Shown piece by piece: positions 39,239-50,180 of a stretch of 64,000 bases of DNA. Origin of the DNA: Propionibacteriaceae bacterium (GTDB lineage Bacteria > Actinomycetota > Actinomycetes > Propionibacteriales > Propionibacteriaceae). Each line of letters begins with the position of its first letter. Within the stretch, counting starts at the first letter, position 1. A program made the position numbers and the translations under genes. The DNA lies in contig DASTIW010000006.1 in assembly GCA_035717205.1 (NCBI GenBank), positions 1,417 through 65,416 of the forward strand. Direction: 5' to 3'. Below the pieces are notes generated by a model that saw only the letters and a program-made list of their open reading frames with translations, ran no database searches and had not been told where the DNA came from.

Positions 39239-40806
39239 AGCGGGATGTTCCCGTGCTTCTTCGGCGGCAGCGTCTCGCGCTTGGTCCGGAGCAGCCGCAG
39301 TGCCCGGGTGATCTCCACCCGGGTCTCGTGCGGGCTGATGACGGCGTCGACGAAGCCGCGCTCGGCGGCGATGTAGGGGTTCGCGAGCTCGTCGTCGTAC
39401 TCGGTGATGAGCTTTGCCCGACGCTCCTCCGGGTTCGGCGACTTCGCCAGCTCCTTGCGGTACAAGATGTTCACCGCGCCCTGCGCTCCCATCACCGCAA
39501 TCTGCGCGGTCGGCCACGCCAGGTTGAGGTCCGCGCCGAGATGCTTCGACCCCATCACGTCGTACGCTCCGCCGTAGGCCTTCCGGGTGATCACCGTCAC
39601 GAGCGGCACCGTCGCCTCTGCGTAGGCGTAGATCAACTTCGCCCCGCGTCGGATGATGCCGCTCCACTCCTGGTCGGTGCCCGGGAGGAAGCCGGGGACG
39701 TCCACGAAGGTGAGCACCGGGATGTTGAAGGCGTCGCAGGTTCGGACGAACCGGGCGGCCTTCTCGGAGGCGTCGATGTCGAGACAGCCCGCGAAGTGCA
39801 GCGGCTGGTTCGCGACGATGCCGACGCTGCGCCCGTCGATCCGACCGAAGCCGATCACCACGTTCGGGGCGAACAGCGCCTGCACCTCAAGGAAGTCGCC
39901 GTCGTCGAGCACGCGGGAGATCACCTCGTGCATGTCGTACGGCTGGTTGGGGGAGTCCGGGATCAGCGTGTCCAGATCGCGGTCGACGTCGCTGGGCGTC
40001 AGGTCGTTCTCGATCTCGAACGTGGGTGGGTCCTCGAGGTTGTTCTGCGGCAGGAAGCTCACCAGCGTCTTGACGTACTCGATGGCATCCTCCTCGTCCG
40101 CTGCGAGGTAGTGCGCGTTGCCGGACTTGGTGTTGTGGGCCCGGCCACCGCCGAGCTCTTCCATGGTGACGTCCTCACCGGTGACGGCCTTGATCACCTC
40201 GGGTCCGGTGATGAACATCTGCGAGGTCTGGTCGACCATGACGATGAAGTCGGTCAGCGCGGGGGAGTAGACGTGCCCGCCGGCGGCGGCGCCCATGATC
40301 AACGAGATCTGCGGGATGACGCCGGAGGCATGCGTGTTGCGCCGGAAGATCTCCCCGTACAGGCCAAGCGACACGACGCCCTCCTGAATCCGAGCGCCGC
40401 CACCTTCGTTCAGGCCGATCAACGGGCAACCGGTCTTGAGGGCGAAGTCGATGATCTTGACGATCTTCTCGCCATAGACCTGACCCAGGCTGCCGCCGAA
40501 CACGGTGACGTCCTGGCTGAAGACGCAGACGGGGCGCGAGTCGATGGTGCCGAACCCGGTCACCACCCCGTCGCCATAGGGTCTCTTCTTCTCCATCCCG
40601 AACGCGGTGGAGCGGTGCCGGGCGAACTCGTCCAGCTCGATGAACGACCCCGGGTCGAGCAGCAGTTCGATCCGCTCCCGCGCTGTCTTCTTCCCTCTCG
40701 CGTGCTGCTTCTCCACCGCTGCCCGCGAGCCGGCATGCACGGCCTCGTCGATGCGGCGATCGAGGTCGGCGAGCTTGCCCGCGGTGGTGTGGATGTCGAG
40801 GTCCAT
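39235..40806 (-). CDS. accD5: Propionyl/acetyl-CoA carboxylase beta subunit
   Basis: [58 protein letters not shown]. Confidence 0.96.
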   Translation of the reverse strand: MDLDIHTTAGKLADLDRRIDEAVHAGSRAAVEKQHARGKKTARERIELLLDPGSFIELDEFARHRSTAFGMEKKRPYGDGVVTGFGTIDSRPVCVFSQDVTVFGGSLGQVYGEKIVKIIDFALKTGCPLIGLNEGGGARIQEGVVSLGLYGEIFRRNTHASGVIPQISLIMGAAAGGHVYSPALTDFIVMVDQTSQMFITGPEVIKAVTGEDVTMEELGGGRAHNTKSGNAHYLAADEEDAIEYVKTLVSFLPQNNLEDPPTFEIENDLTPSDVDRDLDTLIPDSPNQPYDMHEVISRVLDDGDFLEVQALFAPNVVIGFGRIDGRSVGIVANQPLHFAGCLDIDASEKAARFVRTCDAFNIPVLTFVDVPGFLPGTDQEWSGIIRRGAKLIYAYAEATVPLVTVITRKAYGGAYDVMGSKHLGADLNLAWPTAQIAVMGAQGAVNILYRKELAKSPNPEERRAKLITEYDDELANPYIAAERGFVDAVISPHETRVEITRALRLLRTKRETLPPKKHGNIPL

Positions 40807-40868
40807 AGGTCAGCACCCTAGTCACTTAGTTCCCAGGCTGCCCACAACCCCGGAGTAATGTCTGACCG

Positions 40869-41669
40869 GTGTCTGCATCCGACCCGCTTGACGTCCACCG
40901 CATGCGCGAGCAGCTACTGATCCCCGGAGCGCTGTGGCAGACGATCGACGTGGTCGCCGAGACGGGATCGACCAACGCCGACCTGGCCCGCCGCGCCCGG
41001 CAGGATGGCATTGCGGGGTCGGTCCTGGTCACCGATTACCAGCACGCCGGTCGCGGCCGGCTGGGGCGGAGCTGGAGCGCACCGCCCGGATCCTCGGTCG
41101 CGATGTCGGTCGTGCTCCGACCCGCCGGTATCTCGAGCACCCGCTGGACCTGGTTGCCGCTGCTGGCCGGGCTGGCGGTGGTGGAGGCACTGCGTCGGGC
41201 TGCCGATGCTCCCGCGGTGTTGAAGTGGCCGAACGACGTGCTGGTGGGGGAGAAGAAGATCTGCGGGATCCTGGCCGAGCGCGTGGATACCCCGCACGGA
41301 CCCGCCTGCGTCATCGGTATCGGTCTCAACGTGCACCTCAGCGAGGCGCAGCTGCCGGTGCCGACAGCGACCTCCCTGGAGCTGTTCCGCCCTGGCCGGG
41401 TGCCGCAGCGCACCACGCTGATCGTCACTATCCTGCGTGCCCTGGAACTGCTGGTCAGCTCCTGGGAGACCAGTGACGACGACGAGGCCTTCGCCTCCTC
41501 CTACATCGATCGGTGTGACACGATCGGTCGCCGAGTGCGGGTCATCCTCTCCTCGGACAAGGAGGTCGAGGGGACGGCGGAGGCCATCGACCCTGCTGGT
41601 CGGCTGGTCGTACGGACGGCCACCGGTACCCAGACGTTCGGCGCCGGTGACGTCGTCCACCTGCGCTGA
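40869..41669 (+). CDS. birA: Biotin--[acetyl-CoA-carboxylase] ligase
   Basis: TGSTN, QHAGRGRLGRSW, KWPNDVL, KICGILAE, GIGLNV, AGDVVHLR. Confidence 0.96.
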   Translation: MSASDPLDVHRMREQLLIPGALWQTIDVVAETGSTNADLARRARQDGIAGSVLVTDYQHAGRGRLGRSWSAPPGSSVAMSVVLRPAGISSTRWTWLPLLAGLAVVEALRRAADAPAVLKWPNDVLVGEKKICGILAERVDTPHGPACVIGIGLNVHLSEAQLPVPTATSLELFRPGRVPQRTTLIVTILRALELLVSSWETSDDDEAFASSYIDRCDTIGRRVRVILSSDKEVEGTAEAIDPAGRLVVRTATGTQTFGAGDVVHLR

Positions 41670-41708
41670 CTTCCGAATCGGGCTGCAGCTGCGCAGCCGT
41701 GTGCCAGC

Positions 41709-42272
41709 ATGGACGCCATGGGGTTCCCGGCCAGGCTGCTCGGTGCCGACGAGTACGTGGTGGCGCACCTGCGTACGCATGGAAAAGCGCTCATCCTGCC
41801 GGCCTGCGGCCTCATCCTGGCCGGCGGCCTGACCGGAGCCGGCGCAGCCCTGGTCCCCAGCGGATACCGGCCCGGGGCGCAGTACGTGGTCGCCGGCTTC
41901 GGCGGCCTGCTGGCGATCTGGTGGGCTCTGATGCCGTTTCTGCGGTGGCGGACCACCACGTACACGATCACCAACCATCGGCTGATCTCCCGGCGCGGCG
42001 TCCTGAGTCGAGCCGGCAAGGAGCTGCCGCTGGTGCACGTTGTCCACGTCTCCTACGACCGCAGCCTGTCCGACCGGATGCTCGGATGCGGGACCTTGTA
42101 CATCCGAACCGTCGGTGACGGCGTTCCGGTGGTGCTGCCCGATGTGCCCGACGTTGAGGAGGTCCATCGGGAGATGACCAGTCTGCTGTTCGGGTCCGCC
42201 GAGCACACCCCACGTCTGGGTTCCGACCTCGACGGTCACGCCGGCTACAACCAGTCGGCGGCCGGTCGGTGA
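41709..42272 (+). CDS. PH domain (bPH_2) membrane protein
   Basis: RTHGKAL, W..TTYTITNHR, DRMLGCGTL, DVPDVEEV; conserved neighbour of birA. Confidence 0.85.
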   Translation: MDAMGFPARLLGADEYVVAHLRTHGKALILPACGLILAGGLTGAGAALVPSGYRPGAQYVVAGFGGLLAIWWALMPFLRWRTTTYTITNHRLISRRGVLSRAGKELPLVHVVHVSYDRSLSDRMLGCGTLYIRTVGDGVPVVLPDVPDVEEVHREMTSLLFGSAEHTPRLGSDLDGHAGYNQSAAGR

Positions 42273-43069
42273 CCGTACGGGTCGAGCACCCGGCGGCGTT
42301 CGTCGCCGAGCTGGTGATGGATCGACCCGAGGCTCTGAACGCGATCTCGACGCAGCAAGCGGCCGCGCTCGCGAACGCATGTCACCGGGTCGCCGGCGAC
42401 GAGTCGGTCCGAGTGGCGGTGCTCGCCAGTGCGCTGCCGCGGGCGTTCTGTGTGGGTGCGGATCTGAAGGAGCGGCTGCACGCCACCAACGAGGAGCTGC
42501 TGGCCCAGCGCCCCGCCTTCCGCGGCGCCTTCGCCGCGCTGCTTGGACTTCCGATGCCGGTACTGGCAGCGGTGGACGGCTTCGCCCTCGGCGGCGGTTG
42601 TGAGCTTGCGCTGTCCTGCGACCTGGTGGTGGGCTCGGAAACCGCGACCTTCGGGCTGCCGGAGGTCGGTCTTGGACTGGTCCCAGGCTGCGGCGGGACG
42701 CAGCTGCTGCCGCGGCGGGTGGGCGCGCCACGGGCGGCCGAGCTGATCTTCACCGGTCGCCGGGTTACCGGCGCCGAAGCGGCGCGGATAGGCATGGTCG
42801 ATCGGCTGGTTCCGCCCGGGCAAGCCCGTGCCGCCACGCTCGCCTGGGCCGTCCAGATCGCGGCTGGGTCGCCGGTGGCGCTGCGGAACGCGAAGCAGGC
42901 GCTTCGCGACGGCTACCGTCGGCCGCTGGCAGAAGCGCTGGAGATAGAGGACGCCGCCTGGCACCGCGCCGCCGTGTCAGCCGACCGGGTGGAGGGGATC
43001 GCCGCATTCAACGAGAAGCGGCCGGCCCGCTGGCCGGATCCTGCGCCACCGTCGCAGTCTGACCGGTGA
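42269..43069 (+). CDS. Enoyl-CoA hydratase/isomerase family protein
   Basis: RPEALNA, FCVGADL, AVDGFALGGGCEL, FGLPEV, FNEKRP. Confidence 0.93.
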   Translation: MTVRVEHPAAFVAELVMDRPEALNAISTQQAAALANACHRVAGDESVRVAVLASALPRAFCVGADLKERLHATNEELLAQRPAFRGAFAALLGLPMPVLAAVDGFALGGGCELALSCDLVVGSETATFGLPEVGLGLVPGCGGTQLLPRRVGAPRAAELIFTGRRVTGAEAARIGMVDRLVPPGQARAATLAWAVQIAAGSPVALRNAKQALRDGYRRPLAEALEIEDAAWHRAAVSADRVEGIAAFNEKRPARWPDPAPPSQSDR

Positions 43070-43523
43070 ACACGAACCGCCGGTAGGACCAGAACCGAAA
43101 GAGCGTGCCCAGGCCGAGGCCGATGACATTGCCGGACAAGTTGTCGGCGAGCGGCGAGGTCAGGCCGAGCAGGTAGTGGCTGACAGCCAGACAGAGGGCG
43201 CCGATCGCGATGGCGATGGCGTTCAGCACGACGAAGATCGGCAGTTCCCGGCTCACCCGGCCCTTCTCCTGGTGGTGGTAGGTCCAGTACCGGTTGCCGA
43301 GGTACGTCACCACCGTGGCCACCGCGATGGCGATCACCTGAGCGGTGATCGGCTTGTTCTCGAGCACGCCGGAGTAGTTGGGGCCCGCGTAGCGCAGCAG
43401 GTTGAAGACAACGATCTGCACGCCCACTCCGGTCAGTCCCACTATCGCGAACTTGGTCGCCTCCGGTCCCAGATGCCGAAGACGGTCCACCCAGCGGGCG
43501 ACGGATGAGGACTCGGCAGGCAT
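43008..43523 (-). CDS. GtrA family membrane protein
   Basis: KFAIVG, VVFNLL, YLGNRYWTY, FRFWSYRRFVF. Confidence 0.9.
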   Translation of the reverse strand: MPAESSSVARWVDRLRHLGPEATKFAIVGLTGVGVQIVVFNLLRYAGPNYSGVLENKPITAQVIAIAVATVVTYLGNRYWTYHHQEKGRVSRELPIFVVLNAIAIAIGALCLAVSHYLLGLTSPLADNLSGNVIGLGLGTLFRFWSYRRFVFTGQTATVAQDPASGPAASR

Positions 43524-43611
43524 GACAGCGCCCACAGTACCGGCCGAGGCCGGCCGAACCGGCGCCGCGAGCCGGTCGCTGGCGGTCGGCGATCGACTAG
43601 GCTCGTGCCCC

Positions 43612-44766
43612 GTGACTGCAGCACGGCCCTTCGTAGTGGGCATCATCGGCGGCGGCCAGCTGGCGCGGATGATGCACGCCGCCTCGATCGGCCTGGGCAT
43701 TCAGGTCCGGCTGCTGGCGGAGGGCCCCGAGGTGTCCGCGGCCACCGTGGTGCATGACGTCACCGTGGGCGACTACACAGACCCCGCGACGGTGCGCGAC
43801 TTCGCCGCCCGCTGCGACGTGGTCACCTTCGATCATGAGCACGTCCCCACCGGTCTGCTCCGACAGCTGCAAGCGACGGGCATCGCCGTCCGGCCTGGGC
43901 CGGAGGCGCTGATTCATGCCCAGGACAAGGCGGTCATGCGTGACCGGCTCGCCGCCTTCGGCGCCCCGTGCCCGGCCAGCCGGGTGGTCAGCGGTGCCGA
44001 GCAGCTGGTGGCCTTCGGAGCGGAGCAGGGCTGGCCCCTGATCGCCAAGACGACCCGCGGCGGCTACGACGGCAAGGGGGTCTGGAAGATCGCGTCGGCT
44101 GCGGAGGCGGAGCTGCCCTTCACCGACCTTGCCGACGGTGTTCAGATCCTGGCGGAGGAGTTCGTCGCGTTCACCCGGGAGCTCAGTGCCCTGGTGGTCC
44201 GGTCGCCCTCGGGTCAGGCGGTGGCCTATCCGGTGTCGGAGTCGGTGCAGCGCGACGGCATCTGCGTCGAGACCATCACGCCGGCACCCGGGCTCGCCGA
44301 TGAGCAGGCGATAGCGGCGCAACAGCTGGCGTTGACGATCGCCGCCGAGCTCGAGGTGGTGGGCGTACTCGCGGTGGAGCTGATGGAACGCCCAGACGGC
44401 ACGGTGGTGGTGAATGAGCTCGCCATGCGGCCGCACAACACCGGGCACTGGACCATCGACGGGTCGTACACCTCGCAGTTCGAGAACCACCTGCGTGCCG
44501 TGCTCGACCTCCCGTTGGGTGACCCGGCCGCCCGGAGTCCGTGGACGGTGATGGTCAACGTTCTGGGCGGAGGCGTCGACGACCTGCCCTCAGCACTCCT
44601 GCACTGTTTCGCTCGCGACCGACGGCTGCGGGTCCAGCTGTACGGCAAGCAGGTGAGGCAAGGCCGCAAGGTCGGTCACGTCACCACCTTCGGCCAGGAA
44701 CTCGACGGCGTACGCCACCGAGCCGTGCATGCTGCGAACTATCTGATGGGAGTGCCGAATGCCTGA
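43612..44766 (+). CDS. purK: N5-carboxyaminoimidazole ribonucleotide synthase
   Basis: [60 protein letters not shown]. Confidence 0.96.
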   Translation: MTAARPFVVGIIGGGQLARMMHAASIGLGIQVRLLAEGPEVSAATVVHDVTVGDYTDPATVRDFAARCDVVTFDHEHVPTGLLRQLQATGIAVRPGPEALIHAQDKAVMRDRLAAFGAPCPASRVVSGAEQLVAFGAEQGWPLIAKTTRGGYDGKGVWKIASAAEAELPFTDLADGVQILAEEFVAFTRELSALVVRSPSGQAVAYPVSESVQRDGICVETITPAPGLADEQAIAAQQLALTIAAELEVVGVLAVELMERPDGTVVVNELAMRPHNTGHWTIDGSYTSQFENHLRAVLDLPLGDPAARSPWTVMVNVLGGGVDDLPSALLHCFARDRRLRVQLYGKQVRQGRKVGHVTTFGQELDGVRHRAVHAANYLMGVPNA

Positions 44767-45265
44767 TCCCCGGGTGGCGATTCTGATGGGGTCGGACTCC
44801 GACTGGCCGGTGATGGAGGCGGCGGCAACCGCGCTGACGGAGTTCGATCTGGGCTACGAGGCGGATGTGGTCTCCGCCCACCGGATGCCCGAGGCCATGG
44901 TGTCCTTCGGGCGTGCGGCCCACGCCCGTGGCATCGAGGTGATCATCGCCGGAGCGGGCGGGGCGGCTCATCTGCCCGGCATGCTGGCCGCAGTCTCGCC
45001 GCTGCCCGTGATCGGGGTCCCGGTGCCCTTGAAGTATCTCGACGGGATGGACTCGCTGCTGTCCATCGTGCAGATGCCGGCCGGGGTGCCGGTGGCGACG
45101 GTATCGATCGGCAACGCGCGAAACGCCGGCCTGCTGGCGGTCCGCATTCTGGCCGCCGGGGACCCGGACCTGACCCGGCGGATGGTGCAGTTCCAAGATC
45201 AGCTCCGGCTGGCGGCGGAGGCGAAGGGCGCTCAGGTCCGCGGCTACGCTGCACCGACCCTCTGA
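44759..45265 (+). CDS. purE: N5-carboxyaminoimidazole ribonucleotide mutase
   Basis: [40 protein letters not shown]. Confidence 0.97.
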   Translation: MPDPRVAILMGSDSDWPVMEAAATALTEFDLGYEADVVSAHRMPEAMVSFGRAAHARGIEVIIAGAGGAAHLPGMLAAVSPLPVIGVPVPLKYLDGMDSLLSIVQMPAGVPVATVSIGNARNAGLLAVRILAAGDPDLTRRMVQFQDQLRLAAEAKGAQVRGYAAPTL

Positions 45266-45308
45266 TCGATCAGGCTGTGCCCGGGCTTCTGAGCTAGGGT
45301 TTCGCTCC

Positions 45309-46082
45309 GTGGCGAACACCGTGTCGGAGCTGCTGTCCGGAGCCGCGCTACTGGGCCGCGCACTCTCCATGATCACCAAGCGGCCGAGACTGTTCGTCCT
45401 GGGCGCCATCCCACCGCTGATCACGTCGATGATCTTCGTCGGAGTCCTGGTAGCGCTGCTGCTCCAGATCGAGCGGATCGTCGGCGCGCTGACGCCGTTC
45501 GCCGACGCCTGGTCCGACGGGCTGGCGACGCTGGCCCGTGCCGTGGTCGGTGTGGCTCTGGTCGCCGGGGCAGTGCTCATCATGGTGATCTCGTTCACGG
45601 CGCTGACGCTCGCGCTCGGGTCGCCGCTCTACGACAAGATCTCCGAGTCCGTCGAACGCGAGCTCGGCAGCACCGGCCCGGCGTATGACGAGCCGGCTGG
45701 TCAGGGGGTTGTTCGGGCGGTCCGGCAGTCGGCGGGTCTGATCCTGGTTTCGACGGTGGTCGCCGGTGTGCTGTTCTTCCTCGGGTTCATTCCGGTGGTC
45801 GGGCAGACCGTGGTCCCGATCGTCTCGGCCGCCTTCGGTGGCTGGGTGCTGGCTATCGAGCTGATCGGCTCCACCTTCGACCGGCGCGGGCTGCTGCAGA
45901 TCGCCGACCGCCGAGCGGCGATGCGAAGGCGCCGGGCGCGGGTTCTCGGGCTAGCAGTGCCCACGTTCCTCCTGCTGTCCATCCCCTTCGCCGGGGCGGT
46001 GGTGTTCCCGGTGGCGACCGCGGCCGGCACTATCTTGGCGCGCGACCTGCTGAGGGAGAACACGACGCCCGGGCAGGTCTGA
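45309..46082 (+). CDS. EI24/CysZ-like membrane protein
   Basis: LGSPLYDKISE, FIPVVGQ, GLAVP.....IPFAGAVVFPVATAAGT. Confidence 0.8.
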   Translation: MANTVSELLSGAALLGRALSMITKRPRLFVLGAIPPLITSMIFVGVLVALLLQIERIVGALTPFADAWSDGLATLARAVVGVALVAGAVLIMVISFTALTLALGSPLYDKISESVERELGSTGPAYDEPAGQGVVRAVRQSAGLILVSTVVAGVLFFLGFIPVVGQTVVPIVSAAFGGWVLAIELIGSTFDRRGLLQIADRRAAMRRRRARVLGLAVPTFLLLSIPFAGAVVFPVATAAGTILARDLLRENTTPGQV

Positions 46083-46094
46083 CCTGTCGTCGAC

Positions 46095-46117
46095 TTGTCG
46101 GAATCTGACCGTACTGT
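46095..46117 (+). promoter_or_regulatory. Leaderless promoter matching the PafBC/RecA-NDp pattern TGTCGG-N10-TA-N3-T
   Basis: TGTCGG 46096-46101, TACTGT 46112-46117, GTG start 46124. Confidence 0.45.
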
Positions 46118-46123
46118 AGGCAC

Positions 46124-46873
46124 GTGTCTGAGTCACTCAAGCTCTCCGTGCAGCTCTACTCCGTCCGCAACCAGCTGGCCGCGGACTTCGACGGCACGCT
46201 GGCGCGGCTTGCCGAGTTCGGATACACCAGGGTCGAGCCGTTCCGGTTCACCAGCTTCGTGGACGACCTGCGGTCGGGGCTCAGTCGGTACCACCTGGCG
46301 GCCCCGACGACTCATGTCGGGCTGCTGGCCGGCGACCAGGAGGAGATTTTCGCCGCGGCCAAGGAGCTTGGCATCACCACGGTCATCGACCCGGCGACCG
46401 ACGCTGCTCGATGGCAGAGCGTCGATGACATCAAAGCCATCGCGGGCGAGCTGAACGCTGCCGCCGAGAAGGCGGCCTCGCACGGCGTGAGGGTCGGGTA
46501 CCACAACCACTACTGGGAGCTGGAGTCCGTTCTCGACGGCAAACGTGGCTTGGAGATCCTCGCCGACAACCTCGCCCCGGAGGTGGTGCTGGAAGTCGAC
46601 ACCTTCTGGGCATACGTCGGCGGTGCTGACGTGCCGGCCCTACTGGGGCGCCTGGGGGAGCGCGTGGTCGCGCTGCACATCAAGGACGGCGACGGCAGTC
46701 GGGATACCAAGAAGCAGGTGGCCGTGGGGTCCGGCGTGCTGCCCGTCTGGGACTTCATCGCAGCCGCCCCGGACGACGTGCTCTTTGTGGTCGAGCTGGA
46801 CGACAGCTCCGGCGACCTGCTGCAAGCAGTCCGCGACAGCCTCACCTACCTCACCGCCGGAAGAGAGTCCTGA
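46124..46873 (+). CDS. Sugar phosphate isomerase/epimerase (xylose-isomerase-like TIM barrel)
   Basis: SVQLYSVR, YHNHYWE, LEVDTFW, LHIKDG, VELD. Confidence 0.9.
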   Translation: MSESLKLSVQLYSVRNQLAADFDGTLARLAEFGYTRVEPFRFTSFVDDLRSGLSRYHLAAPTTHVGLLAGDQEEIFAAAKELGITTVIDPATDAARWQSVDDIKAIAGELNAAAEKAASHGVRVGYHNHYWELESVLDGKRGLEILADNLAPEVVLEVDTFWAYVGGADVPALLGRLGERVVALHIKDGDGSRDTKKQVAVGSGVLPVWDFIAAAPDDVLFVVELDDSSGDLLQAVRDSLTYLTAGRES

Positions 46874-46875
46874 CC

Positions 46876-47994
46876 ATGAGCGAGACCACGCACACACCTA
46901 CCGGCCCCGTTGGCGTCGGCGTCATCGGCGCCGGAGTCATCAGCGGCACGTACCTGGAGAATCTGAACAGCTTCCCCGATACCACGGTGCTGGCCATCGG
47001 TGACCTGTTCCCGGATGCGGCCAATAGCAGAGCCCAGCAGCACGGGGTGGCTGTCAGCGGCGGCGTCGAGGCCGTCTTGGACAATCCCGACGTTGAGCTC
47101 GTGGTCAATCTGACCATCCCGGCGGCCCATGCCGCGGTCGCCGGCCAGGTCATTGCGGCGGGAAAGCATGTCTGGAACGAGAAGCCGCTGGCGCTCGACC
47201 GCGCCAGCGCGCGGGCGGTACTCGACGCTGCTGACACGGCCGGGCTCAGGGTGGGCTGTGCCCCCGACACCTTCCTCGGCTCAGGTCTGCAGGCCACTCG
47301 CCGGGCACTCGACGGTGGACTGATCGGCGACCCGCTGTCCGCCCTGATTCTGTTGCAAGGGCCGGGCCCGGAGTCCTGGCACCCCAGCCCGGAGTTCCTG
47401 TTCCAAGAGGGCGGAGGCCCGTTGCTGGACATTGGCCCGTACTACCTGACGGCGATGGTCCAGTTCTTCGGGCCGGTATCCGATGTCGCCGCGATCGCCT
47501 CCAAGTCGCGGGAGACCAGGGTGATCGGCACCGGACCGAAGGCCGGCAAGGAGTTCGACGTGACGGTACCGAGCCAGATGAGCGCCCTGGCCCGCTTTGA
47601 CAGTGGCCAGTCGATGACCGCGGTGTTCAGCTTCGACTCGCCCGTGCCGCGGACCTTGCTCGAGATCACCGGCACCGAAGGCACTCTGCTCGTGCCTGAC
47701 CCGAACATGTTCGGTGGCGAGCTCACCGTTCGCAAGGTCGGCGCGGACGACTGGGAGGAGGTGCAGCAGGCCCCGGAGGTCTCGTCGCGGGGGACCGGCG
47801 TCCTGGAGATGGCGCGCGCGATCCGACAGGGGCAACCCCACCGCGCCCAGGGCGAGCTGGCATACCACGTGTTGGACGTGATGCTCTCGATGGCGGAGTC
47901 GGGCGACAGCCGTGAGTTCGTACGGGTGGAAAGCACCGTTGAGCCGGCTGAGCCGCTGCCGCACGACTGGGACCCGCACCGGGCCACGCTGTAA
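46876..47994 (+). CDS. Gfo/Idh/MocA family oxidoreductase
   Basis: GVIGAGVISG, VNLTIPAAH, KHVWNEKP, APDTFLG, GGGPLLDIGPYY. Confidence 0.93.
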   Translation: MSETTHTPTGPVGVGVIGAGVISGTYLENLNSFPDTTVLAIGDLFPDAANSRAQQHGVAVSGGVEAVLDNPDVELVVNLTIPAAHAAVAGQVIAAGKHVWNEKPLALDRASARAVLDAADTAGLRVGCAPDTFLGSGLQATRRALDGGLIGDPLSALILLQGPGPESWHPSPEFLFQEGGGPLLDIGPYYLTAMVQFFGPVSDVAAIASKSRETRVIGTGPKAGKEFDVTVPSQMSALARFDSGQSMTAVFSFDSPVPRTLLEITGTEGTLLVPDPNMFGGELTVRKVGADDWEEVQQAPEVSSRGTGVLEMARAIRQGQPHRAQGELAYHVLDVMLSMAESGDSREFVRVESTVEPAEPLPHDWDPHRATL

Positions 47995-48063
47995 CAGGTT
48001 CAGTTGGCTTGGCGACTGGCTGTGGAGGTTACCCGCCAGTAGGTTCCGCGTAGGCTGATTCGC

Positions 48064-49236
48064 GTGAGCGACTTCACCGACATGTTCCGCCCAACGGAGG
48101 AGCACGAGGCGTTCCGACGTGCCGTACGCGAGGTGTGCGATGCCAAGGTCGCACCGCATGCGACCGAGGCAGACGAGCGGGCTGAGTTTCCGCAGGCGTC
48201 GTACGACGCGTTACGGGCCTCCGACTTCCACGCCCCGCACATTCCGGAGGAGTACGACGGGGTTGGTGCCGACGCCCTGGCCACCGTCATCGTCATCGAG
48301 GAGATCGCGCGAGCCTGCGCGTCGTCGTCGCTCATCCCGGCGGTGAACAAGCTAGGCACACTGCCACTGCTGTTCGCCGGATCGGATTTCCTCAAGCGCA
48401 CCTATCTGCCACCGGTGGCCCGGGGCGAGGCGATGTTCTCCTACTGTCTGTCCGAGCCGGAGGCGGGTTCTGACGCCGCCGCGATGAAGACCCGCGCCGT
48501 TGCCGGCGGGAACGGGTACGTTCTGAACGGCGTCAAGCGGTGGATCACCAACGCCGGGATCTCAGAGTTCTACACCGTCTTCGCTGTGACCGATCCAAAC
48601 GGGCGAGGCAAGGGCATCAGTGCCTTTGTGGTGGAGAGATCAGATCCCGGGCTTTCCTTCGGGGCTCCGGAGAAGAAGCTGGGCATCAAGGGGTCACCGA
48701 CTCGCGAGGTCTACTTCGACAACGTCGCAATTCCGGCGGACCGTCGAATCGGTGCGGAGGGAGCCGGCTTCGCGCTGGCGCTGAGGACGCTGGACCACAC
48801 CCGGGTCACCATCGCCGCCCAGGCCGTTGGCATTGCCCAGGGGGCGCTGGAGTGCGCGCTCTCGTTCGTTCAGCAGCGCCAGCAGTTCGGCAAGGCGGTG
48901 GCTCAGTTCCAGGGCCTGCAGTTCATGCTGGCCGACATGGGGATGAGGCTGTCCGCGGCTCGCCAGCTGACGTACGCGGCGGCGGCGCGATCGGAGCGCG
49001 AGGACGCCGACCTGACCTTCTTCGGTGCTGCCGCCAAGTGCTTTGCCTCCGACGTCGCCATGCAGGTCACCACCGACGCTGTCCAGCTGCTGGGAGGATA
49101 CGGCTATACCAGGGACTACCCGGTCGAGCGGATGATGCGGGACGCCAAGATCACCCAGATCTACGAGGGCACCAACCAGATCCAGCGGATCGTGGTCGCT
49201 CGGGAGCTGCTGAAGGCGTCGGCTCAGATCCAGTGA
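48064..49236 (+). CDS. Acyl-CoA dehydrogenase (FadE25-like)
   Basis: [61 protein letters not shown]. Confidence 0.95.
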   Translation: MSDFTDMFRPTEEHEAFRRAVREVCDAKVAPHATEADERAEFPQASYDALRASDFHAPHIPEEYDGVGADALATVIVIEEIARACASSSLIPAVNKLGTLPLLFAGSDFLKRTYLPPVARGEAMFSYCLSEPEAGSDAAAMKTRAVAGGNGYVLNGVKRWITNAGISEFYTVFAVTDPNGRGKGISAFVVERSDPGLSFGAPEKKLGIKGSPTREVYFDNVAIPADRRIGAEGAGFALALRTLDHTRVTIAAQAVGIAQGALECALSFVQQRQQFGKAVAQFQGLQFMLADMGMRLSAARQLTYAAAARSEREDADLTFFGAAAKCFASDVAMQVTTDAVQLLGGYGYTRDYPVERMMRDAKITQIYEGTNQIQRIVVARELLKASAQIQ

Positions 49237-50180
49237 TGGACACGGACGGTGGTGCCGGTCGAGGTCGACCGCAGCTGCACGAGGTCGCAGACCTGGTTCG
49301 CGAAGGCCAGGCCCTTGCGCTGGTCCGCGGCTGTCGGCCTGCGGCCGGTCAGCGGGTCACTGATCCTGGTCTCATCCTGAACATCGCAGATCACCGCGTG
49401 CTGCTGGCAGGAGATTCGAACCACACCGCTGGCTGAGCCCCGGTGAAGGCTGGACTGGGCCAGCTCGTGAACGGCCACCGCGAGTGCGGCCGCCTTCTCC
49501 GCCGTCAGCCCGGCCGCGTGAGCCCGAACCGCGACGAACATCGACAGCCCCTGAGTGTCGTCGGCAGTGAACGTAATCTCCTCGAACGGCCCCGCGAGGG
49601 GGGGCAGCTCAGTAGCGAAAATGACGTCAATGTGTGGTCGTCCGGCGTAAGCGGCGCTGCCGCGGTATCCGTCTGCGTCGAAGATGGCCGGGTGGCTGCG
49701 GTGCGCCTCCTCGATCACGACCGGCGGCAGTCCTCCAGTGTCGTAAGGGCACACCAGCCAGAACGGCGTGTCAGGGTCGACTGCGATGTTCAACAGCGCC
49801 TCATGGAGCTGGCACTCCAAGATCTCCTCCGGTCGGCGACCGGCCCAGATCGGCTCACCGATGCCCCGAAGTGGCCGGCCCGCCGATGACTCGGCGTCGA
49901 GAAACTCCCGCCAGGCAGGGATGATCTTCGCGGGGTTGCGGCCGAGCTCAGCCATGTCGACAAACATGACCCGGTCCGCGTCATCCTTGCCGAGCGCTTC
50001 TCGTATCATTGCCGCTCGCGGCTCGATGACGGCCACCATCACGGGTTCCTCGGCAGCGAGGCCGTCCTTGATGAAGGGGACCGTCCCGGCCAGGAAGTCA
50101 TCCAGATCGCGCCACAAGAACGCCTCGTGCCGATAGCTCGAGTGCGGCTTGGTGACCGTCTGAACTTGGTCGATGACAAT
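49224..50180 (-). CDS. MEDS-domain + HATPase anti-sigma-factor-like regulatory protein (start codon non-canonical or uncertain)
   Basis: YRHEAF upstream of the ORF-track start, [43 protein letters not shown]..., [12 protein letters not shown]. Confidence 0.8.
   Translation of the reverse strand: MVIDQVQTVTKPHSSYRHEAFLWRDLDDFLAGTVPFIKDGLAAEEPVMVAVIEPRAAMIREALGKDDADRVMFVDMAELGRNPAKIIPAWREFLDAESSAGRPLRGIGEPIWAGRRPEEILECQLHEALLNIAVDPDTPFWLVCPYDTGGLPPVVIEEAHRSHPAIFDADGYRGSAAYAGRPHIDVIFATELPPLAGPFEEITFTADDTQGLSMFVAVRAHAAGLTAEKAAALAVAVHELAQSSLHRGSASGVVRISCQQHAVICDVQDETRISDPLTGRRPTAADQRKGLAFANQVCDLVQLRSTSTGTTVRVHHWI

Noticed and set aside
38680-40821. 713-aa plus-strand ORF; likewise 6262-8094, 40914-42731 and other long opposite-strand ORFs
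   Set aside because: Shadows of well-supported genes on the other strand; stop codons are rare in GC-rich sequence
48015-48042. TetR-type operator upstream of the FadE25-like gene (ACTGGC...GCCAGT; TTAC-N6-GTAG)
   Set aside because: Short and imperfect, with no second copy found in the window
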